Shown: positions 13,801-27,019 of the stretch, piece after piece
Numbering within the stretch: position 1 is the first letter of the stretch
How the letters are laid out: each line of letters opens with the position of its first letter
Source: Kipferlia bialata
Taxonomy: Eukaryota
Length of the DNA stretch: 52,861 bases
NCBI GenBank assembly: GCA_003568945.1
Contig: BDIP01000005.1
Span: 1 to 52,861 of the forward strand
Direction of reading: 5' to 3'
Notes under the pieces: generated by a model
What the model saw: the letters and a program-made list of their open reading frames with translations, nothing else
The model's database searches: none
What the model was told of the DNA's origin: nothing
Made by a program: the position numbers and the translations under genes

Positions 13801-14318
13801 CACGTCTCGCACATAGCTGTGAACTCTGTTCAATCAAAGACACTGACTCACAAGATTGGTTAATATGTATCATTGTAATCCTAACACTCCCAGAAGTATC
13901 GTTGCTCTATCTAGTATGGCGTGGTGTCGCAGACAGTGCCACAGAAGGAGGTACGATTAATGCGTGCTGACAGATTCTCTATAGTGACCATATGCATGGA
14001 GTGTCTCTGTATGTCTTCAACGCAGGTGGCAACAGGAGGTTAAGCAAAAGCGGAGGTTAGATCGGTATTCCCATGGGCTCAGTACCAATTGGAAGGGCTC
14101 TGAGGAGAAGGTATATCAATCACAAGTTTGGATTATCACAAGTTGTGATTCACAACCATTGTGTGTAGTTTTTGATGTTCTGACTCCAGCTTTGCGATGT
14201 CTATCGGAGTCTCCTGTACCTCCCTCTGCTTGAAGAGTTGATCACTCTGGCAAATATTCTTAATCTCAAGTACTTTGCGGCAAGGCTGAAGGACTTGAGA
14301 AGAGATGTTCGGAAATAG
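7811..14318 (+). CDS. Gene A: multi-pass membrane protein with C-terminal degenerate (pseudo-)cyclic nucleotide phosphodiesterase-like region; paralog of gene B
   Basis: Hydrophobic N-terminal exons include FCALLAYLAACAFLLVWTLV, WLQCLVMCGELAMGTCAI and VITLFLPVFLTLCGLTL. C-terminal exons include NYNTSLLGRECNAPGLPMGGMFLFNSMG, LDTLHLTHHLIHSV, SLVAVVAGLAIG, LIRTLILATAPE and final LCDVYRSLLYLPLLEELITLANILNLKYFAARLKDLRRDVRK (TAG 14316-14318). Start position is approximate; PDE relationship is inferred from motif order only. Confidence 0.6.
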
Positions 14319-14537
14319 AATGGAATCGTATCATTCAGCTATAAGGATGCCAAACACTCACTGACCGAGTTTCTTATATAGACTTAAAGAGAGAGACGAA
14401 GGTCACACCCCTTAATGGACACTAGAACCACAGCTGCATCTTGAGATGAGAAGACCGAGTTTCTATGGATAGAACTGCTAATTACTCACAAGTACCGTTG
14501 TTTGAGGCTCTATTCTATCATACCCTCACTCTTGAGG

Positions 14538-17500
14538 TCAATAGTTAATGGTGTCCGTCTCTATCATGTCCCCCAACAACCTCTTGAACAGTGTGAGGTT
14601 ACACAGAGACGCAAGATCCTGCAGGGTCTCTAGCAAAGAGAGGTAGAGCGTGCGAGAGAGACTGTGCTGGGAGTGCCAGACCTAGGATAGGAATTACGTC
14701 AATTCGGAGCTGCTATATGTATGTATATACGAATATATTACAGTTTCCGACTATACTTACTAAGATAATGAGTCTTCGAGTAACACTTAGTTACCTCCCC
14801 AGGGACAGAGAAGAGTGGTACCCCATAACACACAGTGCCACGGTCAGTGTGTCTACGCAGTCCATTGTACCTAAGTGAGGATGAGTCTCTACTACATTCA
14901 TTATCTCCAGTCAACTATATTGCAGTGATATTGTGTTGTTATTGAGAAGGGTCCTATCTCACCTAGAGTCGAGAGAGCACCCGAGGGACACTGCGACATA
15001 CACTCCCTTTACTAGAATGTGCTGCAGTGTTCCGAAGACGGAGTTGTCTACTGCCAGAACACTCGGGACCACTTCTTCCATCTATTGTGTTAGAATCATA
15101 ATAAGAGAACTGTATCACAATTAACAAACCAGCGGAATACAATATAATACAAGTATATGGGCATAGAGTATTGTATCCACCTCAGGAGGTCTGCACTGCA
15201 GTGACTGAGCCCGTTCCTCAGGGGTCAGGCTATCGAGCCACTGCACAAATCCCTGGTGATAAATGTGGTGTATATTGTGCCGAAGTAGCATCATCGAAGT
15301 ACTAGAATATCTATGCATCATCGCACCTTTATCTTCAATATCAGGGATATGGTCCCAGTTCGAGTGGATGCCAGCTTCATGTCTCTGGCCAGAGCACAGC
15401 ACCCGATGGGAAGGGCATCTAGTACCCCAGTCTGCTTGGCTGCTACCAACTCGACACTGGCAGTGAGATACGATTGCCCTCAAAGAGTTACCTCATACTA
15501 CTTTTAGTGAATCATGACAAATACCTCATTGTCCATATATATATCCAATGTATGATCCTAGAGATGCATATCTAGCGGCAAGTTAGTGACTGATAACCAC
15601 TGCCTATGGGAAGAATGCTATAAATTGCGTCTAATCGGCTACTTCACTGACCCTATTGCGTGTGCCACCGCTGGTGCTCTCCGGTGAAGGCACCCCACTA
15701 CTGATACACGACTGTCTTGCAGTGCTTCAGGAGGAGATATTGGGTTCGTGAGGGCACCAATGAACAGAAACAGTGACTGGTCATCAGGGTCTAGTATGTC
15801 ATAATTGTATATGTATCATGGTTGAGTTTCATAGTATTAAATCATTGTAGATTGTATGAGTGGATTATCATGGGTGTATACTACTGTACTATAACAGTAC
15901 ACACTGCTATCTCCATACCAGCAGAGTGGTTATGAACTTGGACCCTCCTGGACTGGCCCTGACACTGTAGACTAGCCTGTTGGTGCGATGCAGACGATGC
16001 AGTGCTGGTACTTCTCTGTAGGCTGCCTCTGACTTGATAGTGAGCACATAGGCCAAGTAACGACGCTGTGATACTCCTGAAGGCATTAGTAGGAGTAGAG
16101 GACCGGATGTGGCTAAGTGTGCAGTGACATTGGTATTGTGATACCTGTAATGTCCATCCCTACTGCCCGGTAGAGATAGAGACTGGCCATTTCTACCCCT
16201 CTGCCTCTTGACATAGCGTCCAGGAGGTTTATGTTGAAACTGGACCGGCAGAACCTCTCTAGCAACGCACTGAAGGTAGTGTCACGGATGGAGTGAGGAC
16301 AATTATTTAGTTAAGCATATAGTGTAACACCACAGTAGTGTTGTTAGCTTACCTTGTCCTAGGATCCTGTACTTCGTGTAGATACTGGCGCAACGCATCC
16401 ATCGCATAAGGCTTTGTGGGCACCTTAAGGCTCCGGGTGAATAGGGCGAGAGGAAGATGTGGAACTGTGCCATTCTTGATCTGGACACGGGGGATCAGCA
16501 CTTTACAGGTTGAGATCGTAGGATGTTCTCCCACACAGCATTCACTAGAGTGTCTACGCCGGTGTCTGTGGTGCATACGACGGTGGCGCCAGCTCCTCTC
16601 CAGACGCATCAGCTCCCTGTGCCAATAGAGATTGGCCGACCCCGGCATTGTCAGGGGAGCCCCATTGGAGTCTCTTCTGTCGACGTAGTGAAGGAATGAC
16701 CATGGTACTATGCACTGAAAGGTTAAGAAAGAGAGACACCTAACATAATGAAGTGAGAATTTAGAATTGCCTACATGAATATACATATAGTTCTAAACAT
16801 GATGGTGTTTGTCACATACCTTTGTCCCGTCGCCTAGCTCTAACTGAATACGGCCCACCGAATACGCTGAGTCTGGGTGGGGAGGGTGAACACAGTCATC
16901 CACCACAGCGAGGTTCTTGCTCCTCGTGTCTGACAACTGAATGTAAGGGAAGTGCTGACGAATGCTTACCTACTGCGTATAATACACTGTATTCTGTAAT
17001 CTGACGTCTCATAGACCGTATCTAGTAGACGTACCATTTTGTCGAGGACGTCCACATATGCGGTCTGTGGCTGGAAGTGAGAGTAGGATTTCACGTGTGG
17101 AGGAGATGTTCATTTGTTAAGGGGATATCCTTCTTCCCACCGATATTTACATTGATACTGATAGTGGTACTGAGTACCTTCTTCTCCAGTCTGAAGAGTG
17201 TCCACCACTGCTCACTCATGTAGGACACACTCGATTGGGGCATGAAATAGTACGGACACTGAGATGAGATCGTATACCGTGTAGGACATACTCGATTGTG
17301 TCATGAAAGAGCACATACACTAAGCTTAGCTCACATAACATAGTGGCAGGAACAATAAATGTAATACTATGTTCTAGAGTCTACTGGCTATTGGATATTT
17401 ACTAATTCTATACCTCGAAACACTGGGCTAGCTTGCCATGCAGTGGCACCGCCACAGGAGGAAACATCAGCCTACCAGTAACTGGTGGAGGTGGGGGTAT

Positions 17501-19140
17501 AGGACCCGGTGGCATAACGACTGTGGTATCACGACGTGCACAAGACATTGCTATTATGGTGGGATCGTCATCCTCTAGCTCAAGGGCGCTATACACATGT
17601 GGGGCAATACGAGAGAGGCCATTCCCTGACACCAAGTAGAACTGACATAACCTGATGTCACAACAGGAGTGAGCAGGATAAAGCGGGTACGAGACATAAT
17701 CCAGAGTACTGGTGGCCATTACGAATGAATGAAGCATATACCTGGTCGCTCTCAATATACACGGATCTTCTGATCCGAGGATACTGAGGACGCTGTTGAG
17801 AGGAGCAACCGAGTTGTGTGCCAGAAACCCCTCGCCGACATCAACACTGTTTGCATGGGTAACCCCACTAGAATGCACTAGATCTCGGACAGGCCCTTGA
17901 CAGACAAGCCAATCCCTGAGTGAGGAAGGAAGAGACAGCAGTATATGGTATTTGTGCTGTAAGAATAGAACAGAACAACTACGATATAGCGTTTGACCTA
18001 CCTGATTTTCAACACAGCTTCAGTTGGTAGCATTTTGCGACACAGCCAGGACTGAATAGGACCACAGAGTGCCTCAGTCAAGCGCATTAGGGTATACGTA
18101 AGTATGGAGATAGACGGTAGACCCTTTGGACCGGGGTAGTGACGTTCGAGAGGAGCACAGGACGGTAGACTGTCAGTGGTGGAAAGCGCCAGAAGAAGAA
18201 GCTGTTTGTTAGAGTGTGAAGTTGATTGGAGTAGGAGAATGAGAATGTGTAAATGCATGTATACTATACACACTATATACACGATATATGCTATATACAG
18301 GAAGTTGTACTTGGCCTTGTTCATACAGAACGGATGTCTTATACTCAGATAGTACTACTTACCACTTCTGATGGTATGGGGAGTTCCGCTGAATCCTCGA
18401 AGCACACCCAGTGCACATACACTTGAACAGGAGACAGAACCGCCCCAGCATCCTGGGATGGTAAGAGTTTGCAGACTGGAGAGAGGAGCGAGGTTGTTGT
18501 AAGAACAATCCTTGAAAGTAATTGTTTACCAGGGTAACGGTGTTTCATAGTAACTTACCATGTCATCTACGTCTACACTCTCCAGCCAACGGAGAGAGGC
18601 TGTCAGGAGTGGATTGGGTATACAACGGAGCCTCGCGCAGGTAATAAGGAAGAGTATCATCGGTATGGTTACACACAGTGTGTGTGAGTACTGGGGCTGA
18701 AACCAGATATCAATACAACTAGCGAGCGTCGCTACTGTAGACCCCGAGAGTAAGATGCGAGGTGGGACACTACCTGACATATGGTCCCTCATAGTATGTA
18801 GTATTAACACAATAGTACTAGGCAGGATCACGGGCACCGCTCTTATTGCCAAAATCACGCCAAAATGTGTTGAGAGTATAGGTAGAGTGCTGGCTCCCAG
18901 TGTATATAGCCCGACCAGAGCATAACACAACAGGAGCAGAAGAAATATCCAGTAGCTGGGTTAGTATGATTTTCTGACCAAGACGAGACGGGTTAAGATA
19001 TCGAGGTTGGTATGTGGACGAATGCCTTCTGACGATGTTATTAAGAAGTAATTTGACGTGGTGGGTACCTAAAGGGAGTCCTCATACGTACACTCGTAAT
19101 AGAGCCTCCTCTTGGGATATACTTGAGACTGTCCCGCTGA
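14538..19140 (-). CDS. Gene B: multi-pass membrane protein, inverted paralog of gene A, with degenerate PDE-like C-terminus
   Basis: TM-rich exon ~18560-18955. Exon-by-exon matches to A (B/A): FPPVAVPLHGKLAQCFE / WPPTAFPQDTELARCFQ; PGSANLYWHRELM / PGIVTFFWHRNQM; PRVQIKNGTVPHLPLALFT / PRVKSPRWPVVHLPLSLFT; VAAKQTGVLDALPIGCCAL / VVAKQTGILEHLPLGTCAL; VQWLDSLTPEERAQ / VKWLQSMSAEETAQ. Last exon ends ...DMIETDTINY, stop at 14540-14538. 5' end is uncertain (19140-19310). Confidence 0.65.
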
Positions 19141-19403
19141 CCTGCTAGAAGAGACACCACAGTTCCTAGCTATGTGTGAGAATGTCCTTCCTATATATAC
19201 CCTCTATAATCCCCTTTCTATCGGTCACCTATGGGTCAGGCAGGAACTTCTCTACAGTTGAAGCACTACAAAGAGAAACCTTCAAGAGAAGGGTTTACCT
19301 AGGGTTACCATATACAAACTGCAACTGTTACTTAGACTAAAGTCATTGGCCCTGCCAGGTATCATAATTTAATATATAGAGACGAAAGTGTGTAGATTAA
19401 CAA

Positions 19404-22400
19404 ATGTTTCATCTCTATGTCTCGCATGCGTTTCTAACTTCATTGGGATCTGCTAGAGACAGGGAGTGTGGTTCCGCGGAAAGTCCCAGTATGACTCTAG
19501 AGACAGACACTTCACCCACATGCAAGAGCATCTTCTCCAAGCGAGATGCTACTCTTGTACTCGTGAACAGGATCGAGCTGTGTCGCTACTTGTTGTTCTC
19601 TCTTCTCGCCCTAGGTCTGGTGGGTCATGGCATAGTTGGGAGGTATCCGGATGCTATGTATCTTCAGACTGTAGACCCACTATCATCAGACATCTATGAC
19701 ACCAGTGCGAGGATAACCAATGTGGCAGCTGTTGCATTCTTCCGTAACACCCTGACCGCGATGGATGAGTGCTGTCACTTGGACAGAGCACTAAGATACA
19801 GCTCTGTATTATACTGGATAACCATACTTGGACAGGTAGCTATACTACCACTCTGAGTCTATTCACTGAGTCGATCGTGTGGATACTATGACCACTAGAC
19901 ATATTGCTCTCACAACAGATGTGGGGTATCATTTGGGGTCACAGCTGTCTATTTGTGCGACTCACACTGTGGACGACTGCTCTGATCTCTATTCCTATGA
20001 CTAGAGCGGCCTATCAAGCATATATGGTATCATACCAGCGTCGCCACGATGCGTTGTTCGTGCATCTCAAACAGGTGAGCAAGGGTACCATCTTACTTGA
20101 GGACATCAATTCCTAACACTAGCTCTGTATCTTCTGTGACGAGAATGCCCATATGATGGGGACCATTCTATTCACCACCCCGGTCGTGCTCATATCTTCG
20201 CTTGCTGCTACCCCAATCCATGCATGTGCCATTGCTATGTCTCTGTTGGTAATGTACCAGCTCCAGACAACCACAATAACCTATGCGCTGGCTATGTTGA
20301 GAGAGTACGTTTCAGTGGTCTTCCACTTAGAATACTATTCTAAGTTAGAGTAGTCAGTCACCGCTACTTCTTTCTATGTTAGAGACTCGTCCTCTAACAC
20401 AAGATCATCTGCATACGACTATGTTCCAATTCCAACAATTCCTCAGATGGGAGGAAGAGGAACAGTAGCACTGAGACGAGAGATTCATATATCTTATGCC
20501 AATGGGTATGTATAGTAGATATACTCTCTTTCTGGTCTCCTTTTACCCTACAATAGCAATTTCCTATATAAAATGACACCAGGAAACTTACACCTGACTT
20601 GCGCCAATGGGCCAAGGCAAACACGTGGCTAATATTCACTGGCAAATGGCGCAACCGAAAGACCCAGGCTGGGGAATTCACTTGGTATGTATAGGTCCAA
20701 TGATTACAATACTTCTCCTATAGAATATCAGAATGGTCTTACCTCGGTGGCCATGGCCATGAAACGGTTCGGATATTACTGAAGCTGTATACCTATATTT
20801 AGGGTCATACCCAGTCACATCATTATACTAATTCGGCAATTTCTAACAAAGTAACAACTTACTATTTGGGTGATAGCACATACATTGACGCCCCTCATAC
20901 TAGTGTCGCCGGGGGCTTGTACTTGATTCCTGAAGTTCGCCACCTAGCGCGAATACTAACAGCTGCATTGGCAACCTACTTGCCCGATTGGCTCGGCAAG
21001 TATCCCTTTATGTACCTTGCTGAGTCTTTTGAGAACCAGTGTCGTCTAGATACTGAATGTGCCCCTATTTTGAAAGGTCCGGAATCTAGATATATATTTT
21101 GTGACTCATATGTTAGCATGACTACTCGTTTGATAGGTAAATGTAGAATACACCTATATACCTGTCTTTAGCTGAGAGCTTCTCTTATAGGAGACGTGCA
21201 TGTTTACGTTTCCAACTTCAGTACCGCCTCTCGGTGGACTGCCTCAGAAGAAGATGCCACATGTCAGCCCTTTTGATAGGTACATCAATGCAGAAGAATA
21301 CTCTTACTACCACTAAACCACACCAATAGTGACTATTGCTGCCGACAAAGGTACAGGGTTCTGAACTCTCACCTTTCCAGGCTCTCCACACTTCTTGATG
21401 TAGCCGAGAAGTATGTGTCATTACGTAGGAGACATGACGTAAAGGTGATCCTTCATGAAAACGATCTACCACCACTTCATTTCTCCTATTGCGACAAGGA
21501 CCGAGTGTTCCCGATATACCCAGTGTGATACTGATACTGTGTTTGAAACTCAGTGTTACTAATCTTTCAGGAGATGAGAACCAGTCTCTTGATGACAACG
21601 GTTTACCAGACGCAGTTCGCTCACCCTGAGGTACGATACACAAAAATGTTGTGACATCGCTCCACCTGGTGATCGTATACTTCTCTGGTCTCACCGCAGT
21701 GGGTTTTGGTTCACTTTCCCCTGCCGCACTATCTTGTATCGGAGCACCATATCCTCAAGGCATACTTTGATCCCAAGGTCCACTGGTGTATCAACCAATT
21801 TACATTTAGGTGAGAAGTAGTATGACTTCAGTACCGGAACACTGTTGATTATTATCCGTGTTATAGACTCTGCCAATATTTAGGACAAAGATAGTATATT
21901 ACCTAGCATCTAACCCAGGCGTACTATCAACTCCGGTATGTGCTGTCGTTCACTTTTCGATGGCAAGCAGGGAGCCGCGTGTGCCAGTGATGACCTAAGG
22001 TAAACATATATTGTGTATACAATGTAAACTATACATCCAGGTGCTGGGATTGTAGATCATTGCACGTCCACGACACGCCGATTCTCTACTAAATCTGACA
22101 TCAAGGGCTGTATTAGATCATGCCCCTATCCCGGCTCCTCCTGATTCGGACTTGCAAATCAACCACAATCATGGTGGAGCACCTGGACTTCTACTGTTCC
22201 TAACCCTTGACAGCGGTCTCATAATACTCGAGCAGTGTACAAGAAGATGGCACTTTGAACGATACCCACCAGATCGTCAACACTGGTTTCGTTTGCACAC
22301 AGCCATTGGGACAATCCCCGCACAACAGGTAGAGTCAGTTGACTAGTATGTTCTCGTGAGTTACTGTCGTCTCAATTAGTATATTGCTAAGAAGAGATGC

Positions 22401-24276
22401 GTCTTACTTTCAGCTAAGGGCATCCCTACATGAGCTAGTTCCTGTCCACATTAACCATGAGTCTGTCAATGAGGATACTGGTGCTGTCTGGCCACTAAGG
22501 TCGGACATTGTTTCATCAATACATATTCATATATGTATGACACCAACGTTCCCACACACCCAGTTACATTTCTTATAGATACCTGTGACACTCTCTTCTG
22601 ACTCCCAGTTCCACTCAACCGTTCCTCCCATGCAACTGCCAAGACATTGAGATACCAACAGTGGAGGAGTACGAACTGTTCTGCAGAATCACTAAGTGTC
22701 GCCAGGAGAATGTGTCTAGGATCTTTATGGCCACAGCACCGGAGCTTCAGACGCTGTTAGAAGAGCCCTATCCTCTTACTGCTGTTTCTCTATCCATGAT
22801 GGATCGCTTGAAGCTGGCAGAACCAGTACCAACCACTTCAATCATACGACTACTGCTTGCTGCAGAGCCACTTGTGTATGCATCTGGAAGGTAACACATT
22901 CAAACACACTCAACCATATATCCCTCATGTGTATATATGAATACTACCACACGCTGACATCAGTCTGTATGTTGCTCACACAGCCCTTATGCTCCACACC
23001 CTCTTCAACTTCTTATCGGGTGCATGTACGGTAGAGAGTGGCTGGTTCACACCTGGTGTATGTATGGAACTGATTGTCTCTGTGTTCTTCACGCATGCAG
23101 AGAAACCTAGACTCAGTGAAGGTATGTTACGTAAGCATATCATAAGCATATATAGAAAGTATATATCCAGTACCTTGTATGCGTACCACTGATTCATTTT
23201 GATTGAAGTGTCCAACACCAGCTGCTATTAGAGGGACCAATCACCCGCTGGCTCTTATGTATGAGGATAACCCAGAAGCCGAACACTCTTGCTCTCTCTT
23301 CATGCTATTGGAGCAGGTATGGTTAGTTCAGACCGGAACATATATAGGGTAGTATTTGAACTGATACCCAGGCTTTACCCATCAAGCAATACTACCCATG
23401 CTTCCGCTCCCTGGTTAGAGATATCATGATTGGAACATTCGATGGGGTTGAGCATGGTATATCAAGGGAGAGGCTAGTAGCACATAGCAGTCTCACAGAC
23501 TGGGCGGGGGCAGCACTCGTCACACTCACGGATCCAGGTGGGATACTACATACCATGCTGAATATACATTTCCTATCTATACAGAGCTACATAGTATTGC
23601 GGTCTGTACTAATCACCCTATCAGGCCCAAATTGATAGCTTTGTTCACTAGGATTCTGTTGCTATAACTGATATCTATATTATGTGTCTAACTCTCCCAG
23701 GCCCGTCAACTCTCACTGGGGTCACCTTGAGACTACTCTTGGTCTCGGTCATGCACATTCTGAGAAGTTCCTGGTTGTATTCAGGTTAGTAGCACACATA
23801 CACGGCGAACCATAGCACATACCTGTCCCATCATATACTTCTAAGAGTCCTACGACAATACGTCTCACACATAGACTGGGATACCTGTCTACACCTAGGC
23901 CTGGCACAGGCTAGAGAAGATAACAGGTTACGCCACATGGACTATGCTTTTGAGTTGTCTGACGTCCCTTTTGTACACACCAGTAAGAGAAGGTTTGTCG
24001 AGAGCATTGTCACCCACACCAACAGACTCATCGAGATTGTCCATCACCTAGTAGAGCTAACGGAGGTATGGTATGGTATTAAATGTACCATTGAGTGATA
24101 GAAGACCCAATCACAACTTCTTGGCACATAGTACAACCAATCCTACTGCTATATTGCCCTCATATCAGGTATGTGTGCCAATACATCTCAAGGGTACCAC
24201 AGAGTTTGTGCAGACTTGCACCACACGTGCCGCTACAAACCTTGCGAAGTGGCATGAGTGGGCGGGCGATAAGTGA
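19404..24276 (+). CDS. Gene C: multi-pass membrane protein with C-terminal catalytically degenerate class I PDE domain
   Basis: TM-rich exons at 19404-20310. C-terminal exons follow PDE motif order: LIVSVFFTHAEKPRLSE (cf. AAxxHDxDHPG), GTNHPLALMYEDNPEAEHSCSLF (cf. HPLAxxYxDxSVLENHH), FRSLVRDIMIGT (cf. FRxxVIxxILATD), LLLVSVMHILRSS (cf. LLKxADISN), KRRFVESIV (cf. QxGFIDxIV), and TNLAKWHEWAGDK, TGA at 24276. Confidence 0.68.
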
Positions 24277-24629
24277 GAGTACTGTCAGAGGCGACCTTTA
24301 TGCCTCTCACTCGCTAGGTCACCATACATTGTTGTATCCAGCGACAGCGGCAATATGCTACCAAATAGAATACTAGGTTGATGGAGCTTTACTGTCAATA
24401 AGAACACTACTATGGTATAGAAGTGTTACAACCGAGAGAAATTATTGATTCTCATGGTATAACGATACGTTGACCCAGTTGATAGATAAGCAACAAGATC
24501 CTCTGAGTGGGAATACGTGTACCACACCAGCCTACTGATACACTCCCTCAATAAACCTGGCCACTCTCTCCACAGTCTCACCCAGTGGCGATCTCACACT
24601 CCTCTCTATTTAGTTCATCCGACGGACTC

Positions 24630-25869
24630 TCACTTTCTGGCAAAGAGTTCCTCTCTCACCCTGGCCACTCGCTCCATACTCTCCCTCAGTGGGATGGGGT
24701 TGTGCCATGACCCATCTCTGTACCTCAGTCTACCACCAGACGTAGACCCACCTTCCCACTCTGGTTGGGCGTGTCTCATGGTGGAGTGTGTCTCACGGCC
24801 TACCCTACCGGTATACGCTGGAGCACGCTGTAGTGTAATGGGCTGTCTGCTATCACTGGAACAAACCACACTCATACCAGTACTGTGAAGGGACATGCCA
24901 GTGGCAGATGCATGGTCCACAGCCGCCTCCTGAAGTAGATGTTGCTCTCGCCGACGTCTCCTCTTCTGCTTGTTCTTCTCCCTCTTTCTACTAGCCTTCT
25001 TTATGGCTGCAACTCTCCTTTCATATGCCTCCCTCTCAAAGAAGGCTCTACAGGGTTCACAGCGCAAGAGAGATTCCTCTGTAACCTCTGGTACGTCACT
25101 CAAATTGTACCTGAGGTTAGCTAACCAATAGAGAGCCATAATAATAATAGCACATGGATTCAGATAAACGAATACGGAAGTAGAAGCATATATATCCCTA
25201 ACATACACTGTTACTGTGCTGTCACTTACCCTTGAAACATTGTTGGATTCTGTCTGAAAATGCAAGCTAGGATAATAGGAGTCTGCTGAAGCGTCTCTTT
25301 GAGGGAAATGAAGACTTGTTCGAACCCCTTCGGGATAGGACCACCGGATGCTGAGACATCAATCTCATCCATCAGGCCACCAAGGAGTACTACGTCCTGA
25401 GTCAAGTTGATACATTATGGAACTATGGTATTGGTACACTGTAGTACACATAGAATGTGGTATACATCTGTGTAATATATTATACATATCGTACATATCC
25501 TACATATAGATCCAACGCACTCACACTAGTATTAAACAGACACCCAAGATGTCAACGTCTCAACATGCGCCAACTGACTCGGTAACACAGGGGTAACGTA
25601 AATAATATATACCTTCTCAGTAAGTGGAGTCTCAGCAAGAAGCTTGGCGACTATTGTGTCACGTGTGGTCTTGTCTGCTGCAGCTGGGAGGGTAGCGTCG
25701 ACAAGTACCTCAATCGACATGCGCTTTGCCTTGGCCAAGGCTACTTCGAGCAGCTCATCAAAGTGGGGGAAGGTGCTATGGTGAGGTGTTGTATTTACAT
25801 TGCAGATGCTAAGTGCAGAATGTATATATATATATATTTGGCGTACCTGGGATCCCCTGGAGGCTCCAT
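24630..25869 (-). CDS. Gene Y1: hypothetical protein (~290 aa, 4 exons) with basic K/R-rich helix (possible NLS); paralog of Y2
   Basis: MEPPGDP|STFPHFDELLEVALAKAKRMSIEV...PLTEK|DVVLLGGL...NPTMFQG|YNLSDVPEV...KKASRKREKNKQKRRRRRE...HNPIPLRESMERVARVREELFARK*. Intron positions are shared with Y2. Confidence 0.8.
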
Positions 25870-26582
25870 GTTACCCTCGTTCAGCTGATGGATACTGTAT
25901 GGCTCTGCGCTCTGTTATCTGAGATTCACTTGGGACTATTGTTGCTGTGAGAGCCACACTGAGTCAATGAGAAGAAGCCTAACAGGGGAGACTCCTCTGA
26001 GGGAGTCAGAATGCTACTTACTATCTCGGTTAGTGAGACTCTCACTGTGAGAGTCTCCCCATGAGATTCTCAATGTAATGTTTCATGGGGACAAGTTGTC
26101 CCGGACAACCATCTTCTGGGACCTGAGGCCATCATTATCCTCTGAGTCTCGACCCAGAAACTGAGCTAAGACCAGTGTTTGTATAAGTGAGACCATGCAG
26201 AGTGCGAAATGGTTTGGTCAAGTTGATTGTTGTGTGACAGCCAGCTCTGTCCGTCCTGATATCACAACTCCATACCAGATCCCGTATGATGTTTCGTTCA
26301 TTGCAGCAGTGTCACTTGATTCATTCTTATGGATTCATTGGCGACTACACAATAGATGGCGGTTGCAACATTCTATCTATGGTTCGGAAATTTGTACTTC
26401 CTCCATCTTCCACAAGTGTTATGCTGCCGATACTACTTCAAGTATGGCCCCAGTGTAGATAGAAAGGGTATGTACTTGTGTCTGACGAATCGTCAGTGTA
26501 TCCCAACAGTTATTACAACTAACTAAGTAGTACTATTTACTTCTTCTTCTGCGGGGCATTGTATGAAGGTGGCAAAGTCACC

Positions 26583-27019
26583 TCAGGCCTTCCCTTCGCA
26601 ACCCCACGGGAGAAGTCCCATCTGTAGAAAGCAGGGTGGTTCTATATCGTTAGTCGTAGAATACAGTGAAGACCCGAGAGTGACAACTATACTTCGGTGG
26701 AGGATCTCAACAAGAGATAGCTGCAATAGATGTACCAAGATAGTCCTGAATCTCAAAGAAGGATACCTTCTGAATCAGCTCTTCAGGAAAGCAGCGTGAC
26801 CACAGGCACGAGGGACTTCAGCAGACTTCCGTGGCTTACCACCGGAGTTGCCGTACCCAGAAGACTGAGGTTAGACATCACCATTTTGGAGTGGGAACTG
26901 TGGACTATAGACAACAGTCTATAGTACGATGTGGATGAATATGCTACATACCACTACTCCAGCTCGGTTCCGTGTCGTCTGGCCCTTTTAGGCATCTCCA
27001 TCAACTGAGGCCTCGCCAT
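26583..27019 (-). pseudogene. X': disrupted inverted paralog of gene X
   Basis: Exons ...DGDA*KGQTTRNRAGVV|SSGYGNSGGKPRKSAEVPRACGHAAFLK(fs)LIQK|NHPAFYRWDFSRGVAKG align to X. There is an in-frame TAA at 26990-26988 and a 4-nt deletion near 26780 relative to X. Confidence 0.6.

Noticed and set aside
26988..26990. In-frame TAA as evidence of a TAA/TAG=Gln genetic code
   Set aside because: The same copy also has a frameshift, and other genes appear to end in TAG or TAA (14316, 37385, 27322), so pseudogenisation is the simpler explanation.
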